From positions 1,412,351 to 1,476,350 of the forward strand of contig OZ287697.1 of NCBI GenBank assembly GCA_965649825.1: a stretch of 64,000 nucleotides of DNA. The letters run 5' to 3'. This document shows positions 11,701 to 24,035 of this stretch, one piece after another. This DNA is from Penicillus capitatus. Taxonomy: Eukaryota; Plantae; Chlorophyta. A model generated the notes under the pieces. The model saw only the letters and a program-made list of their open reading frames with translations, did no database searches and was not told where the DNA came from. The translations under genes were made by a program, and so were the position numbers. The first letter of the stretch is position 1, and each line of letters starts with the position of its first letter.

Positions 11701-13133
11701 GTCAGAACACGCATTCCGACGATGTCGTCGGTCAAGAGGACAGACACGTGGACGTTTTGGTTCATTGAGCAGACTGGCATCATTCTGGACACCTTCTGAG
11801 TAATCACTCTCATTACATGTAGGACATGACATGTGAGCATGCATCACGTCACATGCATTCTCTTTCATTCGCCTGATCGTGACGCGCTTACCAGCTAGGA
11901 TGATCGATCATTATGTAGAAAACTGAATGCGTCCAGAACGCGCTTGGACTCGGAGCACTGGCCGCTTGAGAGCAGCATCTCTGTGGGAGACTAGGATCAC
12001 ATCAAGGAAGATCACTCTGGACATCTACAGCTAGCCGTGCGATACATAGTCCCGACGAACACAGCTGGCGTTCGTCTCTACGACTGTCTTCGTTGGTGCT
12101 GTCCAGTCGTTGGTGTTCTACTTTGTTGGTCGAACGATCCCAGCATAAGCATCGACCAAGCGTTTCGTTGGCCTTTATGCTTTTCTGACGGTATCTCTTC
12201 TTCACAATGTTACGGCTGTCAAGAAATGTTACTGGACAGTTGGTTCTCTTTGTGTCCAACGCGAGTCTCATTCTTCTTGATTCGATTCAGTTTCTCTGTC
12301 TTCTTGTGCCATCTATCTCCTCTGATGGCGAATGCTCAAGACAACGACATCGTCGTTGACAACTGCTTCAGTACACAGGGAGCTGAGCTTCCCATCTCTG
12401 CTTTCTTGCATCTCATTGTTCAAACGAACAAGTGACTTGTGAATCCTTCTTCCAGCTTTCCGAATCGGCTAAGGTCTTCGCTGCAGGCTGCGCTCAAGAA
12501 CTCGGTGCGTAGCGCAAGTAGCAAACCCATCTGATTTCCTTTGAATGGAGATTGGTAACGACAAGTGTGAAACGAAAACACACAAAACAAGCGTTAGAGT
12601 AATTCTCAACCAGGACACTCCGGAACCATTACCTCCACAGAAGGGTCTGCGCGACTTCTGCTGTCATTGTTCACTCACCGAAGTCCGTCGTGCAGAACTT
12701 AGGCGGATTTGCTGCAGCGCAAGGCGGTTCTCAAATGACGAATGCATATATGAACGACGCCGTTCAGATTGCTCCAGAGTGTCACCAACGTCGATGTCTT
12801 TTAAAGGCGGTTGGAACAGTTTACTGGTCTTCGAGTTGCGTCGCCACACTCGGTTTTCGTCGTTCCATATCAACCTTTTTGGTTTAGCTATTCCTCTAAA
12901 ATACTGTAAATTGTTTTCAGCGCAGAGTGGATATGCGGCCTGTCGACAGAGAAGCTTATCCACGAGGCGAATGATATAAACGGTCCGTGTGATTCGACGG
13001 ACTGTTTGGCAGTTTCGATGCGGCAGATCAGAATATGTGAGTAGTGTAGCCGACGTGAAGTTTAAATAACCGTTTGAACGACTGTCCGGGCATAAATTCG
13101 ATGTTTCTTCGTATTCGACAAACTACTTTCAGA

Positions 13134-16100
13134 ATGTCGACTTTTTCCTGTTGGTTTGCGGTCCTGTGCTTTGCACGACTTCTGCTCTTTCAATGCGGCG
13201 CTGTCGGAATGGAAACACTCTCTGACACTAACCGACCCGCGTCGGAGAGCGATCGAAAATCGACTGCCGAACTCGAAGCTCTTCCAGAAATGGCTTCGCG
13301 ACGGACAGACACTGCTCGTCGCGCACAGAAGCAGCATCTCGAACGACGCCTGTTGCAGAATGATGTCGATCAAACGAATACAAGTGGCAACTCCGACGCA
13401 ACTGTCGCGACGCAGAGAACTGAGGGGAGTTCTTTTGCCTGTCTAGAGTATGCGTGCTCGCTGCGGAGAAGACAAGTGCGGGAATACCTCGATGCGAGCA
13501 CTCGTACTTGGCGCATTGGCGACGGCGTTCTCGATGCGATTGACAGTGACTTGCAAGTCATCGTCAACTGTACGGCAGAAGGAGACACTTTGGTTTTCGG
13601 CGTCAGTGGATTCGTCCGTCCCGTGGCCAGAGTCATCATCCCATGGAACCTGACGATCAGCGCGGCGACAGAAGAAACGCAGCGCGTCGACGGTCTTTAC
13701 CCGCAGTCTCGAACCAAGACACACTTCACGTGCCCGAGAAAAGGAGAAGGCGTCTTTCTCGTGAGGTAACAGCCACACCTTGTTGTCGTTCTTGCGTAAT
13801 GGACTCTGCTCTCTGTTCAGGTCTAAGAGTGTCTTATTGGCCAATCTCGTTTTCAAAGATTGCACCTTCGATAGCACCACCGAGAATGGCACCATCGTAG
13901 AGGTCGAAGGGTGTCCGCTGTCGACTTCCATCGAAGAGACCGTCCGTCTTCACCATGTCATCTTCGAAAGAAACGTTCTGGTCGGTGGAACAGGACTCAG
14001 AATGAGCACCCCATCTTGTTCCGTTCTGGAGCTGAACGACTTCATGTTCAAGAACAACACGTGCAGTGGTCGATGCGGTGTCATTCTGTCCAGTCGGGAC
14101 CGACTGCGCAATGTCCGTGTTCGGCATGTCCGAGTGGATTCTGCAAGAGCTGCCAACTCCACGGTGTTCTATGCAGGTCCTCAGTCAACGTGCTGGATCA
14201 AGCGTATGAGAGCCACTGAGAATGGGTGTTCCATCCTGCATGTCGACGGAGGCACGCTCAACGTGTCAGGCTCCACATTCGCCAGAAATGAAATCGATGG
14301 TCCAAGTGGGAGTGGTGACGCATCTTGCATTCATCTGATGAATGCCACTGTCCTCTTCGAAAACTCCCAGTTTCTCAAGAATAGAGCTGAAATAGGATGT
14401 GCCGTTGCTGCATGGAAGTCGAACTTGACCATCCGCAACTGCGCTTTCGAAGAGAACAAGGCGAAGCAGGCCGCAGTTGTTCATCTGACTGCCAGCACTG
14501 CGTCTATTCAGTCATCCGACTTATCTGCCAATGAAGCCCGCAGATCGGCTGGGGTATTGATGGCACTCGAATCTCAAATCAGCATTGCGGATTCCTCCTT
14601 CGAAGCAAATGCGGCAGGACATGATGGCGGCTGCTTCTATCTCCAATCAGCGAGCACGATTGAAATGGTTCGTTCGTCCCTGTCTGGCAACGAAGCTCGG
14701 AATGGCGGCGTCGCATTCCTTGACCAACGATCAGTCGGGAATGTCCTGGACTCCTCGTTGGTCAACAACTCCGCATCCTCGAGAGGAGGTTCATTCGTTA
14801 TCGAGGATTCCAGATTCTCCGTTCAGAGATGTCGTTTCCAAAGAAGCACCGCAAAATACGGTGCGTGCATTTGTGCAAATTTGTCAAACGTCTCTGTCAT
14901 GGAGAGCACTGCATCGAGGAACAATGCGACTGACCGGGGCGGCTATTTCTATGGCCGAGCTAGTGAAGTCCTCATGAGCGATTGCTCATACATCGACAAC
15001 GTGGCTGGTGCCACAGGAGGTGTTGTTGACTGCCGTTCCAATTGCACTTTTTCGGATGCGAGGTCGAAGTACACTCGTAACGCAGCAAACTTTGGAGGCG
15101 CCATTTGTCTGAATCAGAATTCTACTGGGATCATCACTAACTGCAGATTCGAAAAGAACAATGCGTCCACATCCGGTGGAGGTGTTTATCTCAACATCTC
15201 CGTGGTGCTGTCCGTTTTGAAGTGTCGCTTTACGAATGGATATGCAGATCGTGGAGGAGGAGGAATCTACGCTTTGTCCTCGCGACTTCGTGTGAAGCAC
15301 ACTTTTGCCACCCACCTGGAAGCCGACTTTACAGGCGGCTTCATTAACGCCGAAAGATCCAAAGTGCGCTTGTGGCGCAACAATGTTAACAATAACAATG
15401 CCTGGCAAGGCGGAGGAGTTGCTGGTTTGAATGGCAGCAGCATTGTGGATACGCACTCGGTCTATTCCCAAGGTGAAGCGACGTTTGGAGCTGCTCTTCA
15501 CCTAGAGACCAATTCCTCAGGGACATTCACTAACTGCCGGTTCACTGATAATGCGGCTTCTGGATCTGGAGGTGCAATTTATGCCAAGGAGGAGTCCAGT
15601 ATCAATCTCAGACACTGTCTCTTTTCAAATGGCAGTGCCAACTACGGAGGACTCGTTTACGCACGAGCATCCAGCAGAATGAACGTGACTAGTACGGAGT
15701 TCGGATATGGCTCGGCGTATGATGGTGGCTGTCTCTGCGCAGAGAACAGTTTTCTGTCTGTCCAGCACTCGATCTTTCAAGATTGTAATGCCTTGAAAGA
15801 TGGAGGGGCTGTGAATCTTGACTCGTCAGTCCTTCGCCTGAAAACTGTTGATATTTTCAGAAGCAAAGCCGCTTTTGGCGGCGGAGTCTTCGCGGAAAAC
15901 GCTGAAATCTCTGGACGCGGATGTGGCTTAAAAGACAATCATGCAGATCAGTCCGGAGACAGTTTTTATACGCAGTCTTCCACAATCAGAGTAAGGGAGT
16001 CGATTTTGGACAGCAACGCTGCTTTCTACGGAGGTGGAGGTTACTGGTCGAATTCAAGCGTCATCGTCCAAGATTCTTTTTTGCAGAACAATTTGGCCAC

Positions 16101-19100
16101 TTATGGCGGCGCGATGAACTTTCCAGAAAACACGACAGGTTTCTTTCTCAGCACCACCTTCACAAACAACTCCGCCGTTAGAACCGGAGGCTCGTTGTAT
16201 ATTGAGCAATCGAAGGCCAGTTTTCAAGAGTGCATCCTCCAGAGTGGCGTTGCACGTTATGGAGGACTGCTGCTGTTGTGGAATGCTTCGTATGTTAACA
16301 TCGGCCAATCGACACTCAAAGACAGCAATGCAACCTGGGGTGGGTGCGTGAGAAGCGCAGGAGGAAATCTTACCATTCACAACGCGACGATGCAAGGATG
16401 TCGAGCCTCTGCCTATGGAGGCGCTGTGAGTATGGTTGATTCATCCACGGCGATCATTGCGAACTCCAGCTTCGTATCAAATCGTGCATCCTATGGCGCG
16501 TTCCTCCACATGCATGTCGCGACAACAGTCATAGGAGATAGGCTAATCATGAGGAAGAATGAAGCAAGTGAATGGGGCGGCGCGATCTATGGCATAAACA
16601 ATACGCTACATTTATCCAACAGTCTGTTCGAAGGAAATTCAGCCAGAGCTGGTGGAGCTATGAGCCTGCTACTGAATGCTATGAGTGTCTTTTCCAATGT
16701 CACATTCGCCAACAATTGGGCCATCAAGATCGGAGGATCCCTTTATTCTGAAGAGTCTGTTCTTATCCTAAGTCATTGCTTGTTTCGAGACAGCAGTGCA
16801 CAGTATGGTGGACTCTTGTTCTCTTGGAGGGACGTCCTCGTCAACATCACGAAGTCTGATCTGGTGCGAGGCTCTGCACACGAGGGTGGATGTGTGAGTG
16901 CCACGATGGCGAATCTCGCGTTCTGGAGGACATCTATTCTCAACTGTAGCGCTTCAGGAAACGGTGGAGGATTGCTCATAGAAGAAGGATCAAGCTTGCA
17001 ACTCATTGACTCGAGCATTGAAGGAAATCGCGCTGTTGGCAATGGAGGAGGTCTTTCCTGCACGTCAGACAGTGTGGTGCACCTTGAAGATTCAAACGTG
17101 ATAAAGAACATAGCCCAGTCCAGTCAAGGTTTGGGTGCTGGATTCAAGCACATTGGATCGCTGATAAATGTCAACTTCGTCAATAATTCTGCCGCTGCAG
17201 GCGGACACTGTCACTTGCAACATTCAAGTCTGGGAATTGCAGGTAGCCGCTTTTCTCGAGGAGATGCTAAAAAGGGCGGAGGTTTCTTTGTCTCGAGCTC
17301 ATCACTGAACATCGCCGATTCAGAGCTTAGTGCCATGAAGGCATCTGTACAAGGAGGCGTTATCTTTTCCGAAGAGAGGAGTTCTGTTGTTATCGAGAAC
17401 TCTTTCATGATATCTGGATCATCTGCTGTAGCTGGTGCTGTTGCTCTGATGCGCTCTGACTTCAGAGCGAGACATGTTAGGATATCGCAGTGTGAAGCGA
17501 AAGGTGATGGTGGTGCCATCTGGGGTGTCAATTCCTCCAGATTTCTGTGTATCGACTGTGTGCTGAGAGATAACAGTGCACGGCGTGGTGGATCTATCTA
17601 CTTTGAGTATGCGGATGCACAGTCAATCGCTGTTCAGTTAGTAGGAAGCACTGTGCAGAACAATTCAGCCACCTTTGGAGGTATCTTCCATCGACGAACA
17701 TATGGACAGGCTATACGATGATGTGCGTGTCTAGGCGGTGTGCAAGTCATCAACGAAGATGGATATCCCCTGCCAGACTGTCCAGTGGGAAAAGATCGCT
17801 GCGGAGTCTTGGCTTTAGCGGACACCTCGTTCTCGGACAACTTTGCGACCGCCGCAGGAGGAGCCATTTTCGTTGACAGAGTAGCAATTATTCGGATTCT
17901 CTGCTCTACCAAGCGGACAAGCCAGGAGATGAAGTTCTATTCCAAGAAGCAGTGGAAATCCATGAGCACTGTCAGATCCACTAAAGACACCTGTCTCACA
18001 TGGGGAAATAACTCTGCTGACCGATACGGAGCAGACATCGCCTCCTATGCGACAGATGTTCAGAAGAAGATCATCAGCGAGCAGTCGGCAACGGCGGTGT
18101 CGGTGAAACGAAACAAGTATGAGATGCTTGATCGCAAGAGTGGTGCGCCGCTGCCGGTTTTCTCTCTGACGGCTGTGGACGACCTTGGTCAATGTCCGGC
18201 AGTTGGATTGGAAAACAAAGAGATCGTGGCCACGATGTCTTCTCCAGATGAGTTGTTTGATGGAAGAATGAGCACTTTCCTCGAGTCAGTTTCTGCAAAT
18301 CTCACTGTCACTCCGTTTGCATTGCCTGGCGAGTATACGGTTCTCATCGAGTTCGAGGGGGGAGATTTTGAGCCCTTCGAGACTACAGTGTATGTGCGTG
18401 GATGTTCCATGGGTGAAGTGCTTTCCGCGAATGGGGCGGTGTGCGAGCCCTGCAGTGCAGCGACCTTCAGTTTCCTTCCGCATGAGGACTCCGAATGCCA
18501 TCCGTGTCCAGACAATGGGAACTGTGAATCGAAAGCGGTATTACCAAAACAAGGATACTGGCATCAGATGCCATGCTCTGAGCACATCCAGCGATGCCTG
18601 ACACCCGAAGCGTGCGATTATGAAGATCGAGAACAGAAACTAAGGGAGAAAACGGAAGAGGTAGAGACCTGTGACTTCGATGAGCTATACATCAAAAGCT
18701 ACACAGAAGCACAATGCCGAGAAGTGAGAGAGCAGATTGCCGATCAGGATCTATTCCTCAGACAGGTGGTTTGCAGGGACACGAGGGGCCTCTGTGCGGA
18801 TCCTGTAAGGAATCTTATGGTAGGTCGCACTCCTTTCTCTGCGAGAAGTGTTTCTCGGATACCGGCAATGTCATCTTGGTCTGTCTGTCTTTTCTTGTCT
18901 TGCTGTGTCTGTCAGCCATCACCATCCGAAGCAATTTGATCTCAGCCGTCTTCTCATTACCACTACAGCCTCAGGCTCCAATGACATCAGCAGCGTCAAC
19001 GAGCAGCCGTTCAGTTCCGGTGGCCAAGTGTACGATGGAGTTGACAACGATGAGACATCCTGCACAAGAAATGCTCCGTCATGGACAAGGCCAGAGCGTC

Positions 19101-20402
19101 GATGCTGTTCGAAGTCCTCAGGATTCAGAGCTTGCAAAGTGGAAGGCGATTGAGCTGTTCAAGGTGCAGATGTTTCAGTTACCTGTCCTGTTCTAAGTGT
19201 TCTGCAGATCGCAGTAAATTTTGTACAGGTCACGGCAATAGCTGTCGCCGTCGATGCGAAATGGACATTCGCTTTAGTGGCGCTCTTCCAGACTGCAGGT
19301 GAGAAAAGTGATTCTGTCATTCTCACAACTGAGTCTCCTGTTTGTAGAGTTCATCAGTGCTGTCACATCCGAGACGGTGAATCGCTCCATCGACTGTCTC
19401 ATCCCGATAGAAGCTTCCATGCAGCGCTCCATCGCCAGTACACTGGTGGACGCATCGCAGCCGATTGCATGCATCTTCGTCTTTGCTGTTTTCTGGCTGC
19501 TGATCAAGATCAGACGGAGCAAGTCATGGATATATATGCTGAGGAAGTGCGTCCTCAGTGCCCTTGTCGTCTTCTACATCAGCTATATCTCCATCACCAA
19601 GACTCTGATCAACATCCTCAACTGCGTCGAGGTCCATGACTCCACGATGGCTGGAATCGATCAGACGACAGATTACTGGGTGCTGGATACCGCTGTCATC
19701 TGCTATGAGGGATCTCACGCCATTCTGGCCGGACTCCTGGCTTGGCCATTCCTCGCTATCTTCTCCTTGGGATTCCCTCTGGCGATCGCCTACCTCGTCA
19801 TTGTGAAGGTCGCAGAAGACTATAAGGATGGTTGGATCTACGACGTCGCTGGTTTCGTCTATCGGTCTTATAGTAAGAAGTACATCTTCTGGGAGTCCAT
19901 GATCATGTTTAGGAAAGCTGTTTTGGCTGTCGTGGTTGTCTTCTCTTACAAGCTGGGTGCCAACATCCAGGCTGTGTTGGCATCATTCGTCCTGATCGTT
20001 GCGCTTTACTTCCAGATGAAGTGTCGTCCCTACCGCAAAGAGTTTGATTGTCTCAACGACACAGAGAGTCTGTCCATTCTGCTGTCTTCCCTCACTTTTG
20101 TCTGCAGTACCTTCTTTGCCGATAATCGTGTATCGTACGGGGTCCAAGTCTTGATGAGTGTTTTCCTGTGTTTTGCAAACGTTCTGTTCTTCTTCTATCT
20201 GCTCACTCTTTTTGCTATCTTTGCAGCCGAGTACCTGAAAACAGTACTCGTCAGAGAAGGAATTCATCACTCTCCGGCAGACGGCACCTTTCGCATTCTC
20301 GGTGCCTATTTCATCAACTATCTGTTTACTGATGTGAAGGATGCCATGGTGAGATGGGTGAATCATGGCAAATCTCGTCGCTATCTCCGTTCTGAAGTAT
20401 GA
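13134..20402 (+). CDS. R3: Pmp-like beta-helix multi-pass membrane receptor-like protein, 2316 aa (longest ectodomain)
   Basis: Exons 13134-13383, 13447-13765, 13821-17680, 17735-18723, 18777-19163, 19208-19298, 19348-20402 sum to 6951 nt. Signal peptide MSTFSCWFAVLCFARLLLFQCGAVG, RRLLQ motif, C-terminus RSEV. Intron 13384-13446 is 63 nt and stop-free, so it could be retained. Confidence 0.92.
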
Positions 20403-20939
20403 AGCTGCATTATACTGTTCCTCATCCATTCCCATTTCTTACTATCGAGTCTTGGAATAGGTCCCTTTCCTGTTGAAACAGTACCTTATGGAGTATCTGT
20501 ACAGATCGGCTTCATGCTTGATTTGACGTCATTTGAACTGTCTTCTAGTAATGATTGGAGCATTGATTTACATTTCGACGCTTCGGAATCGCTCGTGCAT
20601 CAGAAAGGGAGAACTTTTCGAGTCAGAGCCGATGGTAATGCGTTCTGTGGCGAACCGCGACATTTCGTCGCAAGAGGGGATCGGTGTTTCTCGCATCTTC
20701 AGCGACACGATCGACGCAGAGGTGTACACAGCAGACGCTACCAAGAGAGCGTTTTGCAAAGCACTGGCCGCAGTAGCACTAATCGTCGTTTCGCCATAGG
20801 CCAGACGAAGGCAGCTAGCTGCACGACGCTTGATCTGATAACAAACGATGAGCTTTGTCGTCGGCGGGCCTCCGCCCTGCGGGTCTGAAAGTTCCTGTTC
20901 AAAACAACGTGAATACAAACCTTGGCCTACCGCGTTAAC

Positions 20940-22780
20940 TTTTAGGTCAGAGAGAAGTCTCTCTGTGGTAACTATAGGGTACGGCAGCAAATACGACCTT
21001 AATAGTGCGTCTTGCATAGACTCGTCGCTCATGTTCCAACGGCGGACCCTACTTGCATTTCCTCTATTTGCTGTTTTCGCGCTGAAGCTCGCTGAGCCAT
21101 ACGCTCTAGAAGTACCTTGCGTCATCCGCTGGGCTGATGACGGACCGGCGATACGACAAAGCCGAAGAAGAACGCCCTACGAAGAGTGGCGCTCCTGCGG
21201 CGCTCGAATAAATGCATATGCCGCATGGCTCTTTTCGGACCTGCGCACATAAATCATTGTGTCGAAAGGATTAAACCATATGCTTCGTTGCAAGTTTAAC
21301 AGCCGACAGCGTTTCTTTCGTCAAAACGTCGTTCCTCGAACAAGCAGCAAGCAATCTGTCCGGTAATCAATTATGACCAACCACTCCTTGTCTTCTTACG
21401 CTACTCATTTATCGTCGGAGCGAAGTCAAAAGACTGCTGTACTCTGGACACATGCGAGACGCCATGTTTCAGTCTCAAGAATCAGTCGCTTCTCCGTCTG
21501 TTCTTCGTTTTTACGAGAGGAGAGACCAACGCGATTCGTCGGCCCGGAAGAAGATGGTCGAGGTATTTAAGGCAAGCAGATGTTCCTTCATCGTTTTGCA
21601 TGATACCAGATTCTCCACCAGATTGCGGTGAACTACGCGTAAGTGACGCTCGTGGCCGTTTCGATCGACGTGTTTTGAGGCGTGAATTTGATTCGACTCT
21701 TCGAAGTTGCCGGTAACGACATGAAACATCGACTACCATCTGAAACACTTAGTTGCTTATTCATTCGTATAGAGCTCGTTAACGGAGTCATCGCGGGGGC
21801 CATCGAACGGGCTGTGCACTTTTTTTCCTTACGATGCCATCGTGGAGCGATCCGTTTTTGGCATCTTGAGTAGCATGGCTGCCGTCATCTTTGTCATCCT
21901 CATCTCTGTTACCTTCTGCCTCGCCGTCATACCGTCCAATCCTCGAGACTGGACATACCTCGCTAGGAGAACGTTCCTTAACGTTCCTCACTGTCATCGT
22001 CGTCGTTCTCCATCTCGGCTACATCTCGCTGTAAAACACCTTCATTCAGCGTCCTCGACTGCATCGAGGTCAACAAACGGACGGAGACCTATGGAAAGGG
22101 CCGCAATACAATACTGGACAGCAGATACCAGCATTCGATGCCACGACGGAACACACGCGATGCTGGAACACATCTTAGGCTGCCCGGTCTGCTCGTGCTC
22201 TTTCTCTCTCTGGGATTTCCTCTCATCACCTCGTGCGTCATCTTTCTGGGCAAACGAACGCACAGGAGCGGGGACGGATACATAGCCTATTGAATTCATG
22301 TATCGGGGTCTTACGAAGACAGTAATTGCTACTGGGAATGTGTCGTCATCGAAGAGGTGGCGTTGTCGTTCTTGCCTATCCACTTGGCGCCAGTCTCCAA
22401 GTCGTGTTTGCTTCTTTCGTCTCCACCGTCGCCCTCTACCTGCAAACAGCCTGTCGACCATTCAGAGACGATCTCGATCTGTCGAGCGACTTGGAAAGTT
22501 ACTCTCTTCTGGTATCGCTCGTGACTTTTATATCCAGTCTACTGTTCTTTTGCTCTCTTTTGGTAATTCTATTGAGATCCATGGCAGACCATCTCAGAGA
22601 TGTGCTTACGAATCGGCACGTTTCATTTGATTCCGACACAAGTCGACCGCGTCAATCGGCAATCTATCTTGTGGGACAGGTCATCTGCCTGGGTCGATAC
22701 GAAATGTGATTCGCACATGGATCAGTGATCTTGCTGCACTCTATCGCAAATTTGAGGCTGAAAACTGTAGTACACCTTAA
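20940..22780 (+). pseudogene. psi1: decayed, unprocessed family member (Cys-rich end plus membrane domain)
   Basis: Keeps family splice positions (EVFK|GC..AG 21572-21621; VAG|GT..AG 21713-21772). The exon IAVNYA*VTLVAVSIDVF*G has TAA at a conserved Gln and TGA at a conserved Trp. Frameshifted remnants of YW..DT..C..G.H, GFPL and YPLGASLQ...CRPF. The start boundary is approximate. Confidence 0.85.
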
Positions 22781-24035
22781 GATCTGGGTTTGCATTGGTG
22801 CCTAACAAATATTTGAATCTCTTTCATTAGATCACACTATTTCCTGGAATCACACATATAGTTCATGCCAACAATTGCAACATCGTTTCTTTCCATGATG
22901 TGACAGATGATGGAACGTATCGTGTACAAAGAATTGTAAGAGTTCATCATCGATTCTTAGAAAACTGTCAACGGCAAGACAACACGAGGTACAGTTCGTT
23001 GGGAAGAATTCTATGATAGAACGCGTCAGAGAAGAATATGCTCGCAAGGATAACGGTACACGCTCAAAGCAACTCAGCGTGGTTCAGTTGTCACGAAAGA
23101 GAATGTCAGATGGGTTCGTGGTGTTGTTGCCGCTCAAGTTGAACAGATGCGACGAAGGAAGTGTGAAGAACTCCATTCGGCAGCCTACCCTTAACGTCCC
23201 TTGTGATGTCCTCTCCGTGGACATGTATCCCTCCCTCACCAAGCGGCGAGGAAGACGAGGACGAAAAGAATTGGCGCCTAAATCGTCTCCGGGTTGGCTC
23301 ATCGCACAAGCGCAACGGAAGTCTTAAAGTAAGATGAGGATGGGCAAGGACATCGGAGGCCAAACCAAAGGTGAGCAAAGAGATAACTCGTTACAACGAT
23401 GACAGACAGCAAATGTTTTGAGAAACAGGTGGATGTGATTTACAAACACAAGCATAAACTCAGATGTCAGGCGAAAGATGTTTTATGTGTCCGGCCCTTG
23501 CTTAAATACCCAATTCCCGATGTGACGGCACAAAAACATACGGAGTTCAAGAGTGAGTTCCCAATGAGATTCCGTCGAGGTACACAGCCGCAAACACACG
23601 GATTACAGAGAGTAGAGTGTACGACAATGGATTGTTGATATAGGTAGATGATGACGTGACCTGGAAGGGGACAGCTGTCATCATGAAAGCGAACAGCTGT
23701 TACTACGACAGATGCATAAAGGTTCTAAAGAACCTCAGTGCGAACTTCACAAGAACTCACTCCTAGTCACCACGACTCGTCGCCACTCAGCGCCACTCAG
23801 CGGCGACGGTCACGTCGCGCAGCCAAAGGCGCGAAAGACACTAAGTGACATGAATGCCACTTTCTACATTGCCGTCCCATCAACTCTTTGTGAGAATGGC
23901 GCTTCATTTGACAGAAAGCTCATCTTCCTCTGTTGCACGGTCGTCTGACGTACTTCTTGAGTGAGAGTCTTTGGAATGGGAAAAGCGCGAAGCAGCGGTA
24001 ATGCACGCGCGATGCGACGGCGCTGTTTACGTTTA
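22207..24035. repeat. Duplicated segment Y (copy at 35531-36585, which lacks the 23162-23913 insertion)
   Basis: Shares the psi1 3' end, ccttaagatctgggtttgcattgg, tgttgccgctca...gcgacgaag and gcgctgtttacgttta with 35531-36585. Confidence 0.85.
23162..23913. mobile_element. 752-bp TG...CA insertion (solo-LTR-like) with imperfect 5-bp TSD
   Basis: Begins TGTGA and ends TGACA. Flanked by GGAAG (23157-23161) and GAAAG (23914-23918). The paralogous site near 36486 is empty (gcgacgaagaagcccatc). Confidence 0.7.

Larger units (their letters stand above)
1629..11881. repeat. Segmental duplication copy X (direct repeat of 25402-35527)
   Basis: Colinear match covering the R1 membrane exon, the spacer, all of R2 and ~1.5 kb of upstream sequence. 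Offset is about 23.77 kb over most of its length. Confidence 0.95.

Noticed and set aside
13780-17721. Bacterial Pmp autotransporter or horizontally acquired bacterial island
   Set aside because: The genes have spliceosomal introns and end in an alpha-helical multi-pass domain. No autotransporter beta-barrel or terminal Phe motif is present.
21622-21712. TAA aligned with a conserved Gln, suggesting the TAA/TAG=Gln code of some ciliates and ulvophytes
   Set aside because: It occurs only in a pseudogene that also has TGA at Trp and frameshifts. Intact exons contain no in-frame TAA/TAG, and R2 and R5 terminate at TAA and TAG.
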